Positions 1 through 9,570 of a stretch of DNA of 63,746 nt are shown here, one piece after another. Where the stretch lies: the IMG/VR virus record IMGVR_UViG_3300027985_000695, positions 1 to 63,746 of that record; one strand, given 5' to 3'. Position numbers and translations under genes: made by a program. The first letter of the stretch is position 1. Each line of letters opens with the position of its first letter. This DNA is from a virus (Duplodnaviria; Caudoviricetes). The notes below the pieces were generated by a model. It ran no database searches. It saw only the letters and a list, made by a program, of their open reading frames with translations, and was not told the DNA's origin.

Positions 1-144
1 ACGCTCGACCAGCAGACGCTAACCTCTCTCATTAAAGACCTCATCATGCAAAACGGTGGCAAGCGCCCCACCGACGACGTGATTCTCGACGCCGTGCGCG
101 TCATGGCGGACAGTTCCGCCGAGAAGATGGAGCGCACCATCATG
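1..144. repeat. Terminal direct repeat (circular assembly overlap), copy 1
   Basis: 1-144 is identical to 63603-63746, and the portal reading frame continues across the junction. Confidence 0.97.
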
Positions 145-1947
145 GACCAGCTGGCCGAGAGTCAGGTCGGCGGCTATGAGAGCGTCATCAGGAAGTGCGT
201 GAAGTCTGGGAATCTCTTCGGCACCGGCATCCTGAAAGGCCCGCTCGTCAGGCGCGAGGAAAAGAAGCAGTGGGCGCCGGATCAGTCGGGCAAATGGAAC
301 TATGAAACCGTAAGGCGCCCCTCCGGCCCCGGAGTTTCCCCGCAGGGAATGCCGCCCACCGGCCCTGTCCGTCCCCCTGCGCCCCCGCAAGGGCCGGGGG
401 CGGGCTTTGTACCGGGAGGGGCTTTCAACGCGCCTCAGAACGCCCCCCAAGGCATGCCGCAGGGCATGCCGCCCCAAGCCGCTCCCGAGATGCCTGGACA
501 GCCCCCTGTGGCCCCGCCGCCGCAGGATCAGCCTGTCATCGAGAAGAAGCCGTACATCGAGTGCGTTCCGGTCTGGGATATCTATCCCGACATGAGCGCA
601 ACGTCCCTTGAGGACGCGCAATTCATCTTTCAGCGCAGCGTAATGACGAAAAAGGACTTGCTCGACCTGGCGAAGCGCGTCGATTTCGACGGCGAGCGCC
701 TGATGAACTACATCAAGGAGATGCCGAACGGCGACGCCGACGACTGGGAAACTTTCGAGCAGGAACTCAATTCGATGGGCGGCGACAGGGACTCCAACCC
801 GCAGCGCAGCCGCAAATACGAGTTCTTGGAGTATTGGGGACTCCTGTCGTCGGAAGAGCTCGAAGAGGCCGGCGCGACAATCCCCGAAGAGCTCAAAGGG
901 CTTGATGTATGGGCGAACGTCTGCGTCGTCGGCGATGTCGTCGTAAAGGCCAAGATGAACCCGCTCAAGGCATCAACGATGCCGTTCTACTTCTACTACT
1001 ACCAGAAGGACGAGACGAGCATCTTCGGAGAGGGCGTTCCCGACATCATCCGCGATATTCAGGATGTGCTCAACTCTGCCATTCGCCTATTGATCGACAA
1101 CGCCGCGCATTCGTCCGGCCCGATCTACGAGGTGAACCCGTACATGCTTCAGTCCGGCGAAGACCCGCTCGACATCAGCCCGTACAGGGTGTTCCTGCGA
1201 GCGGACGACGCCATGAACGCCGACAAGAAGTCGGTGCATATCCACGAGATACCGTCGCAGATATCCGATGCGATAAGCATCATCCAACTGTGCGAGAAGT
1301 ACCTCGACGACACGTCGGGCATACCTCGCTTCGACCATGCCGACAGCGACCTCGGCGGCGCCGGTGAAACCGCCGCCGGCCTGTCCATGCTGATGAACCG
1401 CTCAAACGCCTCCATCTCCGAACAGATCAAGGAGTTTGAGGAAGCCGTGATCATCAGGCTCATTACTGCGCTCTACCACTGGAACATGCAGTTTGGCAGC
1501 GCGAGGGATGCGAAGGGCGACATGAGCGTCGTCGTCGGCGGCGCGCAGGTTGTCCAGGCCAAGGAGGCCCGCGTCAACACGCTGATGACCTTCAGGGCGC
1601 AGATAGGCAACGACCCGGCGCTGATGGCGCTTGTGAAGTGGCCCGAGTTCCTGCGCGTGGTCGCGGATAACGCCGAGATACCTGAGAGCGTCATCTGCTC
1701 CGAGAAGGAGTACGAACAGATTCAGAATCAGCAGCAGCAAGAGATGGCCGCTGCTCAGGCCAATGAAGCGATGAAGCAGTTCATCGCCGAGTCGAAAAGG
1801 TTGCAGATGACTCCGGGCGAAGTGCTGCTCGACCTCGCGATGCGCGCCGGCCTTGTTGTCGATCCGAAGAAGGCGCAGCAGCTTGAACAGCAAACCAAGC
1901 CGCTTGAGCAAGTGCGGCAGATGGGGATGCAAAATGGCCAAGGATAG
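1..1947 (+). CDS. Portal protein, C-terminal part (gene starts at 63303; about 748 aa in total)
   Basis: The frame is open from base 1. It has podovirus-portal-like motifs (GNLFGTGILKGP, WDIYPD, SIFGEGVPDIIRDIQ..NSAIRLLIDNA) and lies between the terminase/lysis block and the head genes. Confidence 0.88.
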   Translation, partial: TLDQQTLTSLIKDLIMQNGGKRPTDDVILDAVRVMADSSAEKMERTIMDQLAESQVGGYESVIRKCVKSGNLFGTGILKGPLVRREEKKQWAPDQSGKWNYETVRRPSGPGVSPQGMPPTGPVRPPAPPQGPGAGFVPGGAFNAPQNAPQGMPQGMPPQAAPEMPGQPPVAPPPQDQPVIEKKPYIECVPVWDIYPDMSATSLEDAQFIFQRSVMTKKDLLDLAKRVDFDGERLMNYIKEMPNGDADDWETFEQELNSMGGDRDSNPQRSRKYEFLEYWGLLSSEELEEAGATIPEELKGLDVWANVCVVGDVVVKAKMNPLKASTMPFYFYYYQKDETSIFGEGVPDIIRDIQDVLNSAIRLLIDNAAHSSGPIYEVNPYMLQSGEDPLDISPYRVFLRADDAMNADKKSVHIHEIPSQISDAISIIQLCEKYLDDTSGIPRFDHADSDLGGAGETAAGLSMLMNRSNASISEQIKEFEEAVIIRLITALYHWNMQFGSARDAKGDMSVVVGGAQVVQAKEARVNTLMTFRAQIGNDPALMALVKWPEFLRVVADNAEIPESVICSEKEYEQIQNQQQQEMAAAQANEAMKQFIAESKRLQMTPGEVLLDLAMRAGLVVDPKKAQQLEQQTKPLEQVRQMGMQNGQG

Positions 1948-2962
1948 CGCAGACAGCGAATCTTACAGCGGCAACATGAGCACCGGCAATGTCGGAGGCT
2001 CGTCCGATTCTTCAGGATCGTCTTCAGGCTCGTCTTCCGGCAAGGGGTCGTCGAAGGGATCGTCTTCAAGCAAGTCGTCCGACTCCGATAAGAACTCGTT
2101 CGACGATGCGGAGTTTGAAGCCACCCAAAAGGCGCTGGCCGAGGAAGACGAGAAGCAGAGGGCTCTTGGCATCTCTAACGTCGAGATGAACAGAGGCTTG
2201 CGCTACTCTCAAGACCCCGCAGCCGCATCGGACATCGCTACCGCCAGAGGGTTCGGACTCACATCCGACAAGGGAAAGGACATCCTCGCCGACTTCGACC
2301 CCGATCCCGACTGGGTTGACAATCTGAGCAACTACGGGTGGGGCGACCTTGAAACCTCGTTCCGCCGCGGCGACATCGGAGATTTCGGATACGACCTTGG
2401 CCGCTTCGTCTCCCCTGTGGGCATGACAACGGGTCGAGTCCTCGGCGATGTCGGGCAAGGCGTTCTGAGTGGCGTCATGGGGGCGTTGCCGGGAGGCAGC
2501 GCCCTGACGCTTGGAGGCAAGGCGCTCGGCGCGGCAATGGGACGCCAGGCCACCGAAAGCCTGTCCAACAAGCAAATGACCACAGGTGACAGTTTCAGGA
2601 CGCAGGACTCCTACGCTTCAGGCAAGCCCGCCGCCGAGACGGGGCGCAACGCATTCGACGGCTCCATGAGCGAGCACGACGCCGGCGCTGCAACCGGCGG
2701 CATCGCCGATGGTGAACTTGAGGCCGGCCAGGATTTTATGAAGAAGAAGGTCGAGGGAGGCAATGTCTTTGACACCGACCAAGCGACAGCGCGCAAAACG
2801 CAGCAGAAGACGCAAGGCGCACAGGGGGCGACGGGCGCTCAAGGGGCGCAAGGAGCCGAGAGCGCGTCGATAAGCAGGACACCGATAATGTCGAGCGAGC
2901 AAATGCGGCGCAACCCGTTCGCCAGCTTCATGCAAAACATAGCGCCGTACATGAGGGCGTGA
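1934..2962 (+). CDS. Hypothetical Ser/Gly-rich protein, probably virion-associated
   Basis: ATG at 1934 overlaps the portal end; genome-typical codon usage. Confidence 0.7.
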   Translation: MAKDSADSESYSGNMSTGNVGGSSDSSGSSSGSSSGKGSSKGSSSSKSSDSDKNSFDDAEFEATQKALAEEDEKQRALGISNVEMNRGLRYSQDPAAASDIATARGFGLTSDKGKDILADFDPDPDWVDNLSNYGWGDLETSFRRGDIGDFGYDLGRFVSPVGMTTGRVLGDVGQGVLSGVMGALPGGSALTLGGKALGAAMGRQATESLSNKQMTTGDSFRTQDSYASGKPAAETGRNAFDGSMSEHDAGAATGGIADGELEAGQDFMKKKVEGGNVFDTDQATARKTQQKTQGAQGATGAQGAQGAESASISRTPIMSSEQMRRNPFASFMQNIAPYMRA

Positions 2963-3183
2963 ACATGAGCGACACGACTGCGACCTACAGAAACGCGGTG
3001 AACACGATCCGCAGGTTTTACGGAACCCCGTGCTACGAGGCTGCCATCGACCTTCTGAACTCCATGCAGTCGCTTAAAAACGACGAGATGGTGAATGGCA
3101 CCGACACCGAGGAAATGGTAAGGGCTCAAGGTGGAGTCCTGGCGATAAAGCGCATCGTATCCGACTTGAAGGCTACGGTGTAG
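2959..3183 (+). CDS. Small hypothetical protein near the portal gene
   Basis: 74-aa ORF overlapping the previous stop codon. Confidence 0.7.
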   Translation: MNMSDTTATYRNAVNTIRRFYGTPCYEAAIDLLNSMQSLKNDEMVNGTDTEEMVRAQGGVLAIKRIVSDLKATV

Positions 3184-3193
3184 GAGTAACATC

Positions 3194-4294
3194 ATGGCGA
3201 TACCTACCGTTACGGTGACAGCGCAGATTGATCTGCAAAATGGCGACCCCGCCGTTGGCGCTCGTATCATAGCGCGTCTTGACCGCGACGATAAGTACAA
3301 TGGCATTATCGTCAAGCGCAGGGTAATCGCCGAGACTGATGAAACCGGCCTTGCAACGCTTGAGTTGTTTCCGAACGAGCTTGGAGACAACGGAAGCCAG
3401 TACGACATTACGGTCATCACGCAGGAGTCTACGTTCGTCAAGAAGGCGTATGTCCCGAACTCAGACTGCGACCTTCACGATGTCATGGACCTACCTCCCG
3501 GCCCGTCTGTGTCTGTCGCAGAGGCTGCGAAGCGTGATGCGCTTGCCGCAAGCGTTACTGCCCAGGCGTCTGCCGCAGCAGCCGCAGTTTCTGCGGGCAG
3601 CGCGAGTACGAACAGTACGATTGCGCAGGCATCAGCCGTGTCTGCTCAGGCCGCGCAAATCCTCGCCGAGCATGCGAAGGATGACGCTGAAACCGCACAG
3701 GCCGCAACCGAGTCGGCGAGAGACACTACGCTCGCGGCAATCGCTGCGCTCGGAGACATACTCGTTTTTTCAGGAACGCTTGATTGCTCCACGGACCCGA
3801 ACTACCCCGCCGCCGACGCCGGCGCCGTGTACATCGCATCTGCCGCAGGGCATATCGGAGGCGCGTCCGGCAAGGTTGTCGAGGCTTTCGACGCCATCGT
3901 GTGCATCGTGGATGCATCTGCCACCGGCGACGAAGCCGCTGTCGGCGCGAACTGGGTCGTCTTGCAGAAGAACATCGATGGCCAGGTCACTGGGCCTACA
4001 AGCGCCACAGACGAGAACGTTGCCGTGTTCAACGGAACGACAGGCAAGATAGTCAAAGATGGCGGGTACACCGTCGCGCAGCTTCTTGCCGCGTCTATTT
4101 CAAAGGCTCTCGGGACTGCCGCCGGCGACCTCATAGTATTCACCGCAAGCGGCGTCCCCGCCGCCCTCCCTGTGGGAGCGGAGGGGCAGGGTCTTGTGAT
4201 AACCGGAGGCGTCCCGGCTTGGGGGCAGGTCGCCGCAAGCGGAGACGGAAGCGGCGGCGCGCAATACATTTACGAACGATACGGCGACTTTTAG
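3194..4294 (+). CDS. Fibre-like structural protein
   Basis: RBS AGGAG; N-terminal beta domain, Ala-rich coiled segment and fibre-like repeats (GPTSATDENVAVFNGTTGK, GDLIVF..LPVG..GQGL). Confidence 0.7.
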   Translation: MAIPTVTVTAQIDLQNGDPAVGARIIARLDRDDKYNGIIVKRRVIAETDETGLATLELFPNELGDNGSQYDITVITQESTFVKKAYVPNSDCDLHDVMDLPPGPSVSVAEAAKRDALAASVTAQASAAAAAVSAGSASTNSTIAQASAVSAQAAQILAEHAKDDAETAQAATESARDTTLAAIAALGDILVFSGTLDCSTDPNYPAADAGAVYIASAAGHIGGASGKVVEAFDAIVCIVDASATGDEAAVGANWVVLQKNIDGQVTGPTSATDENVAVFNGTTGKIVKDGGYTVAQLLAASISKALGTAAGDLIVFTASGVPAALPVGAEGQGLVITGGVPAWGQVAASGDGSGGAQYIYERYGDF

Positions 4295-4306
4295 GAGGGC
4301 CGAGAA

Positions 4307-4732
4307 ATGGCTGATCTGAACACCACCATGATTTACCCCGGCGACGTCACCCATGACGTCCTTGCCATGGAAAACGGCTCCCTGACGGACACCTATCAGG
4401 CCGACACTGCTGTTCCCGAGCGAATCATCGCCATGACGGCCAGTTCGGACGACACCACGGCCGTAACCCTGACCGTGACGCGGTTCACCTCCACAGACGT
4501 TCAGGGCTCGACGGTCATTCTCACGGCCAGCCCGATCCCGACGCTTGCCAACGGCGGCTTCCTCGACGTCCTGCCGCTCCTTCCGTGGGCGAGGCAGGAC
4601 GCGCAGGGAAACAACTACATGCCGCTCGCCAAGGGCGACAAGATCACCGTCGCCTGCGACGCCATCGCGTCCGGCAAGTACGTCAAGGTCGATGTCGATG
4701 CGACTCCGTACAAGCTCGGCTCCTACACCTAA
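4307..4732 (+). CDS. Putative virion structural protein
   Basis: RBS AGGAGG; beta-rich 141-aa protein within the structural operon. Confidence 0.7.
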   Translation: MADLNTTMIYPGDVTHDVLAMENGSLTDTYQADTAVPERIIAMTASSDDTTAVTLTVTRFTSTDVQGSTVILTASPIPTLANGGFLDVLPLLPWARQDAQGNNYMPLAKGDKITVACDAIASGKYVKVDVDATPYKLGSYT

Positions 4733-4741
4733 GAGGCGACC

Positions 4742-7528
4742 ATGACGCTTCCTATGCCGAACCCGAACCTGATCCACGCCGAGCGTGACGCCATCGTCAA
4801 GGCCGTCGCTGACGCCATGACCGCATCCGGCGAGTTCGACGGCGGCTTGGCGTGGCTGGCCGAGGATGATACGCGGGTGGCGTTTTGGCAGTACATAGGC
4901 GGGACAAATGGGTGGGGCGCATGGCAACAGCGCCAGCTTATTCCTGCAACGCTTATCCAACAAGGGGGCGGGAGCGTCAGCGTTGTCTTCCAAGCGGGTA
5001 CGGGCAGCGCCTACGATATCACCGCCGCGTCCATCGGCCATCAAGCGCAATCAGGTAACGGGTGGGATTTTGAATCAACGCCTGTTCCGATTACGTTTTC
5101 CGGCTCTGCTTCAGCGCAAGTCCCGGCAGGGGGCCAGCTAGAATCCGATTTTGTTGCGTTCGATCTGGACAACTCCAAGAACGTGCTTGTCGCAATCTAC
5201 CGTTCTGGCGGAGCGACGAACGATGATTCGGGCGCGAACACTTCTTCGGACAAGGGCTGCATCAATTACGCAAAGAGCGGAGCAACACAAGCTGAAACGG
5301 TAAGCGACCTTGCTCCGTCCGGCTTTGACGGAAGCATTATCGTTGGCGGCAACTACTCTGTTGCGGCCATAAAAGTTTCCGGCGCATCCTACGACTCAAC
5401 CGGCGACTATCTCAGCAATGATGAAGCTGGTCACGCTGTCCAATTTATTGTTGATGATTGGAATTATCGCTCGTCGGTGCTGTTTGATGGAGTCGGCTAC
5501 GCGGCCACTGGTGCTGCGGCAAAGCAGCCGTGTGCAAACAACAAAGCCATAGCGGGCAAGGGATGGAGTGTACCAGCGATATGTAATTCTGTAATCGTAT
5601 CCGCTCCAACAGATGTATACATGAACTACGGTGCGGCCGGAACGGGCACTCTAAAGCTGTATGGTGGAAACACTCAAGACCCTGATAGTGCCACTTTGCT
5701 TGCCACAACGACATTCGCTGATTCGGCAAACGCGAATCATACCATTACATCAACTGACGGACGTTCATTTCTTTTCCACTTCATTGAAATATCTTTTACG
5801 TCAGTACCGACGGGAATGTATTGCGATAACATCACCTTTGATGTTGATTTCGTCGGTGCGCCAACTGCCGTGATTGACCTGCCGAGTAGCGCGATTACGG
5901 AGGTCGTGGACAGCTACGAGACAGCGGTAACTTCTGTAAGCGCAGACATATACTCATCCTATCCGCTTCGCGGCCAGTGTATCACGCTTCCAAGTGGAAG
6001 GAATATCACCAAGGTCGCGTTCTACTTACAGAAGATCGGAGCGCCGACAGGAACAGCATACATATATTTTCAGGGTGTCACTGGAACAGTCGGGAGTACG
6101 GGCTATCGTGATACAGTCAACCTCTGCGATCCGATCTCCTTTGACGTTTCCGCTCTCTCAACAACCGCCGGATGGGTTGAGTTTGAGTTGCCTGTACCGC
6201 TCCAAGCTGTAGGGAATATCTCCTTCTTTGTGTATTATGCTGGTGGATCATCATCTGCATGTATACGGCTGTACTATGATAATGCCGGAGTCCATGCTGG
6301 GAACTACGTTGGACCGTCATCGTATATAGCTGCCGCTGACTCCCTGTTCAAGCTCCACGCCGAAAAGCATCCGCGTCGTAAGATGATTGATGGGTATGCG
6401 GCGTCGAATAGCAGCAATGTTCGCTGGATGTATAGCACAGGCAATCACGGCTACGGACAGGCGACGTATCTCAATAATGGAGACTGCCTGACAAATCTGC
6501 GTTTCTACCTTGGGATAAACGGCGCGCCTACCGGGACGTATAAGATAGCTATATATAACGCGGCAGGTAGTCCGTATAATGTTAGCGGCGATGCGTTATA
6601 TTCAAAAGACTTTGCAGTTTCTAGGCTCACGACTGACCTATCGATGACCTGCAACAGCATTGATTTCATCGCTCCATCGGACGGATGGTATATAGTCACT
6701 TGTGAGTATAGCGGAGGGGACACTTCAAACTACCTCAAGGTGGGGACTGACAATACATCTCCGACGCACAACGGGAATCTGTGCGCGCTGAATAGTTCCG
6801 ACGTATGGAGCGGAGACTCTGCCTACGATACTTGCTTTGAACTCTACGGCTACACCCCCCGCGACAACCGCCGCATCCAGCCGTACCTCCTGCACAGTGG
6901 TGGCGACTACCGCAACGATGTTAAAATTGACGTTGGGACAGGCGAGAAGCTGGTAAAGAGGACCGGTGACACCGTTACGGTGGAAGGCGTTAACGCGACG
7001 ACGGATATAACCTCGACTAGCCTTACGCATTACACGGATTCAGGATCAACTGCTACGAACATATCCGACAATAACAACGCCACATTCGTGCAGACGATGA
7101 CGTATATTGCTGTCGCCTTGGGACGTTCCGCGAAGGTCTGGAAGCTGCGACTCAATTTCAACGGGACGCAGGGGTGGGCAGACGCGATGAACGGAAGGAA
7201 GTTCCAGGGGTCCAACGATTCAACGAACGGAACAAATGGGACATGGACCGATCTCGTTACGCTTGCTTCACTCGGCGCGAACTGGACTGACTTCGTACTG
7301 GCTTCTCCCGACTATTATACTATGTATCGTTTGACCGGCGGCGGAACTGGAAGCGACATATATTGTGAGTGGGAACTGTATGAGGTTGAAGGCGAGGGAA
7401 CATATAACATCCTCCGCGCCCCGCTCCAACGCATCGATCACTTGACGCAAGCCCTGCCGCAATGCCGGGTGCATCTCAAGAACAATACTCAGCGCATCAA
7501 AGGCGTTGTGTTGATAGAAGAGGACTAG
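4742..7528 (+). CDS. Modular fibre/adhesin protein with carbohydrate-binding-like domains
   Basis: 928 aa, Ser/Thr/Gly/Tyr-rich; C-terminal discoidin-like motif (FQGSNDS..WTDL..YYTMYRL); internally repeated modules. Confidence 0.7.
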   Translation: MTLPMPNPNLIHAERDAIVKAVADAMTASGEFDGGLAWLAEDDTRVAFWQYIGGTNGWGAWQQRQLIPATLIQQGGGSVSVVFQAGTGSAYDITAASIGHQAQSGNGWDFESTPVPITFSGSASAQVPAGGQLESDFVAFDLDNSKNVLVAIYRSGGATNDDSGANTSSDKGCINYAKSGATQAETVSDLAPSGFDGSIIVGGNYSVAAIKVSGASYDSTGDYLSNDEAGHAVQFIVDDWNYRSSVLFDGVGYAATGAAAKQPCANNKAIAGKGWSVPAICNSVIVSAPTDVYMNYGAAGTGTLKLYGGNTQDPDSATLLATTTFADSANANHTITSTDGRSFLFHFIEISFTSVPTGMYCDNITFDVDFVGAPTAVIDLPSSAITEVVDSYETAVTSVSADIYSSYPLRGQCITLPSGRNITKVAFYLQKIGAPTGTAYIYFQGVTGTVGSTGYRDTVNLCDPISFDVSALSTTAGWVEFELPVPLQAVGNISFFVYYAGGSSSACIRLYYDNAGVHAGNYVGPSSYIAAADSLFKLHAEKHPRRKMIDGYAASNSSNVRWMYSTGNHGYGQATYLNNGDCLTNLRFYLGINGAPTGTYKIAIYNAAGSPYNVSGDALYSKDFAVSRLTTDLSMTCNSIDFIAPSDGWYIVTCEYSGGDTSNYLKVGTDNTSPTHNGNLCALNSSDVWSGDSAYDTCFELYGYTPRDNRRIQPYLLHSGGDYRNDVKIDVGTGEKLVKRTGDTVTVEGVNATTDITSTSLTHYTDSGSTATNISDNNNATFVQTMTYIAVALGRSAKVWKLRLNFNGTQGWADAMNGRKFQGSNDSTNGTNGTWTDLVTLASLGANWTDFVLASPDYYTMYRLTGGGTGSDIYCEWELYEVEGEGTYNILRAPLQRIDHLTQALPQCRVHLKNNTQRIKGVVLIEED

Positions 7529-7531
7529 CCT

Positions 7532-9568
7532 ATGCTGTTGCCTGGAAAGAAATACTCCGCACAAGCCAACGCCCGCGCAATCAAAGCCGCGCTATCCGGG
7601 TGCGTCAATCAGGGCGTATCCCGGTACGGCCAGGACGTTTGCGTGGATGCGATGGAAGAGGATCGGCGGGTGGTGTATTGGGACTCATTCTCAACAACCA
7701 GTTCGACAACCGCAAACTATATGTTTCGATACCTCATTCCAGCCGCAGTCATCGCAGGTGGCGGCAAGCGCGTATCTGTCACCCTGTATGCAGGGAACAC
7801 GACATGGGTTATTGCTGGCGCATCAATTGGAATACAGGCATCTAGCGGTAATCTGACTGATATGGTTGCGCCTGTTCGCTTGACGTTCAGCGGAAGCGAG
7901 GGTGTATCAATAACAACGTACACTGCAACAGAAAGCGATTTCGTTGACCTGGAATTTACAGAAAATGATTCGCTTGTAATTCACCTTGAATGCACATCAG
8001 GCACGCAGGGTGAGAGTGGCGTTATAACGGACAAGGGCGTCATAGTGTTTTATAAAAACGGCTTGACAGGGGCGGAACTTGATTCCGTCTTATCTGGCAT
8101 GACGCCTGCTACCCCCGGATATACTTATGGTATCCAGAAAATAACCGTTTCCGGCTCCACCTACGACTCCACCACCGACACCGCATCCGGCTCCGACCTC
8201 TCCCTGCGTACACCACTTGCCTACTACAGTGAGGCGGGGGTTGTGTCATATCCGTTCGGGCAGGAGAAGGCGCGGAGGTTGATTGATTCGTATGCGTTCA
8301 GCAATGTTGATAACGATACCGGACTCAACACGGGGTACAGTAAGCGCGGGATGCGCTTTACGCTCTCTGAAGATACTTACATCACCAACGCAAGAGTTAT
8401 GATGCTAAGTAGCGGAACGGTGTCGGGCGAAACAGAGATGCACATATACTCGTTGGACGGAAGCGGATTGCCAACTGGTAATCCGATGTTGACGGGGACG
8501 CCGATACAATCAACGCAAGTTCCAACGAGTAGGGCCGCGCTTACTTCAGTGTTTAGCGGCCACCTAAAGGCCGGGACATACCATCTCGTTGCCGCGTTTA
8601 CCGGCTCTGGTTCTGTCAGCCTCTCATACAAGGACGGGGCGGACAACGACCACGCATACTACACCGATTCCTCTGGTCTGTGGACGCTATCGGCATCATC
8701 GTTTGCCTTTGAACTCTACGGCTACACCGCATCAGACCGCCGCATCCGTCGCCTGACTGTGGCCGCGCTGGACGACACCACAGGCAAACTCCAAGCCCGC
8801 GCCAGCCTGGACGGCGGCGTAACGTGGACGCCGCGAAAGGTGATGCGGGATCAGGGTTTAAGCAAGCAAGTGGTTGACGGGAAGGATATCACCGTAAACG
8901 GCGGTGTTACTGCTAGTGATGACGGAGCCGTTTTTGACGGGTCTACTGGCTATCTGACTGCCACATACGACTCTGACTTCACGTTTGAGGGTGACTTCAG
9001 AATAGAGATGGATTTGTACCTCAACGCTTCACCAACGGTACAGACTCCAATTTTCTCAACATCGGATAATGCAGCCACGCTCACCGGCGTACTCTGTTCG
9101 CTCGGGTGGACTAGCGGCAAGGCTGCGCTTCAAGTCGCCGCTGGCGGATCGTGGTCGCCGTCTATTTCGACGTTCAGCGACCTTACGATCCCGACGCTTC
9201 AATGGTTTAATATTGCATGGGGCAGGACAGGATCAACGGTATGGTGTGAGGTTGACGGTGTACAGAGCGCGACAACTGGCACAAAGAGCGGTACGCTTAC
9301 TGGGTCAGTGTGTTTCATCGGTTGGCTTACAAGTTACAGCGGATACCTCGATGGCAACATGCGCAACCTTAAAGTTACAAACGATGGTGAGGTTGTTTTC
9401 GATTGTCCGTTCCTCGGCGACCTGGACGACCACAGTCTCGACGCAGATTACCACGCCCACACCATCGACCTTGATGTAGCGCACCTTTCCGGCTCCGCGC
9501 CTGTGTACGAAATCATAACTGATTCCGCCGACCATGCGATTCGTGGTGCGGCGATGCTCTTGGAGTAG
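7532..9568 (+). CDS. Modular fibre/adhesin protein with LamG/concanavalin-like domain
   Basis: AVFDGSTGYL..FTFEGDFRIE..WFNIAW..YLDGNMRNLKV LamG-like pattern; shares modules with 4742-7528. Confidence 0.7.
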   Translation: MLLPGKKYSAQANARAIKAALSGCVNQGVSRYGQDVCVDAMEEDRRVVYWDSFSTTSSTTANYMFRYLIPAAVIAGGGKRVSVTLYAGNTTWVIAGASIGIQASSGNLTDMVAPVRLTFSGSEGVSITTYTATESDFVDLEFTENDSLVIHLECTSGTQGESGVITDKGVIVFYKNGLTGAELDSVLSGMTPATPGYTYGIQKITVSGSTYDSTTDTASGSDLSLRTPLAYYSEAGVVSYPFGQEKARRLIDSYAFSNVDNDTGLNTGYSKRGMRFTLSEDTYITNARVMMLSSGTVSGETEMHIYSLDGSGLPTGNPMLTGTPIQSTQVPTSRAALTSVFSGHLKAGTYHLVAAFTGSGSVSLSYKDGADNDHAYYTDSSGLWTLSASSFAFELYGYTASDRRIRRLTVAALDDTTGKLQARASLDGGVTWTPRKVMRDQGLSKQVVDGKDITVNGGVTASDDGAVFDGSTGYLTATYDSDFTFEGDFRIEMDLYLNASPTVQTPIFSTSDNAATLTGVLCSLGWTSGKAALQVAAGGSWSPSISTFSDLTIPTLQWFNIAWGRTGSTVWCEVDGVQSATTGTKSGTLTGSVCFIGWLTSYSGYLDGNMRNLKVTNDGEVVFDCPFLGDLDDHSLDADYHAHTIDLDVAHLSGSAPVYEIITDSADHAIRGAAMLLE

Positions 9569-9570
9569 CA

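Noticed and set aside
1-144. Biological terminal repeat
   Set aside because: It falls mid-portal with the frame preserved, so it is most simply the overlap of a circular assembly.
4742-9568. Diversity-generating retroelement acting on the adhesins
   Set aside because: No reverse transcriptase and no template/variable repeat pair differing at adenines was seen.
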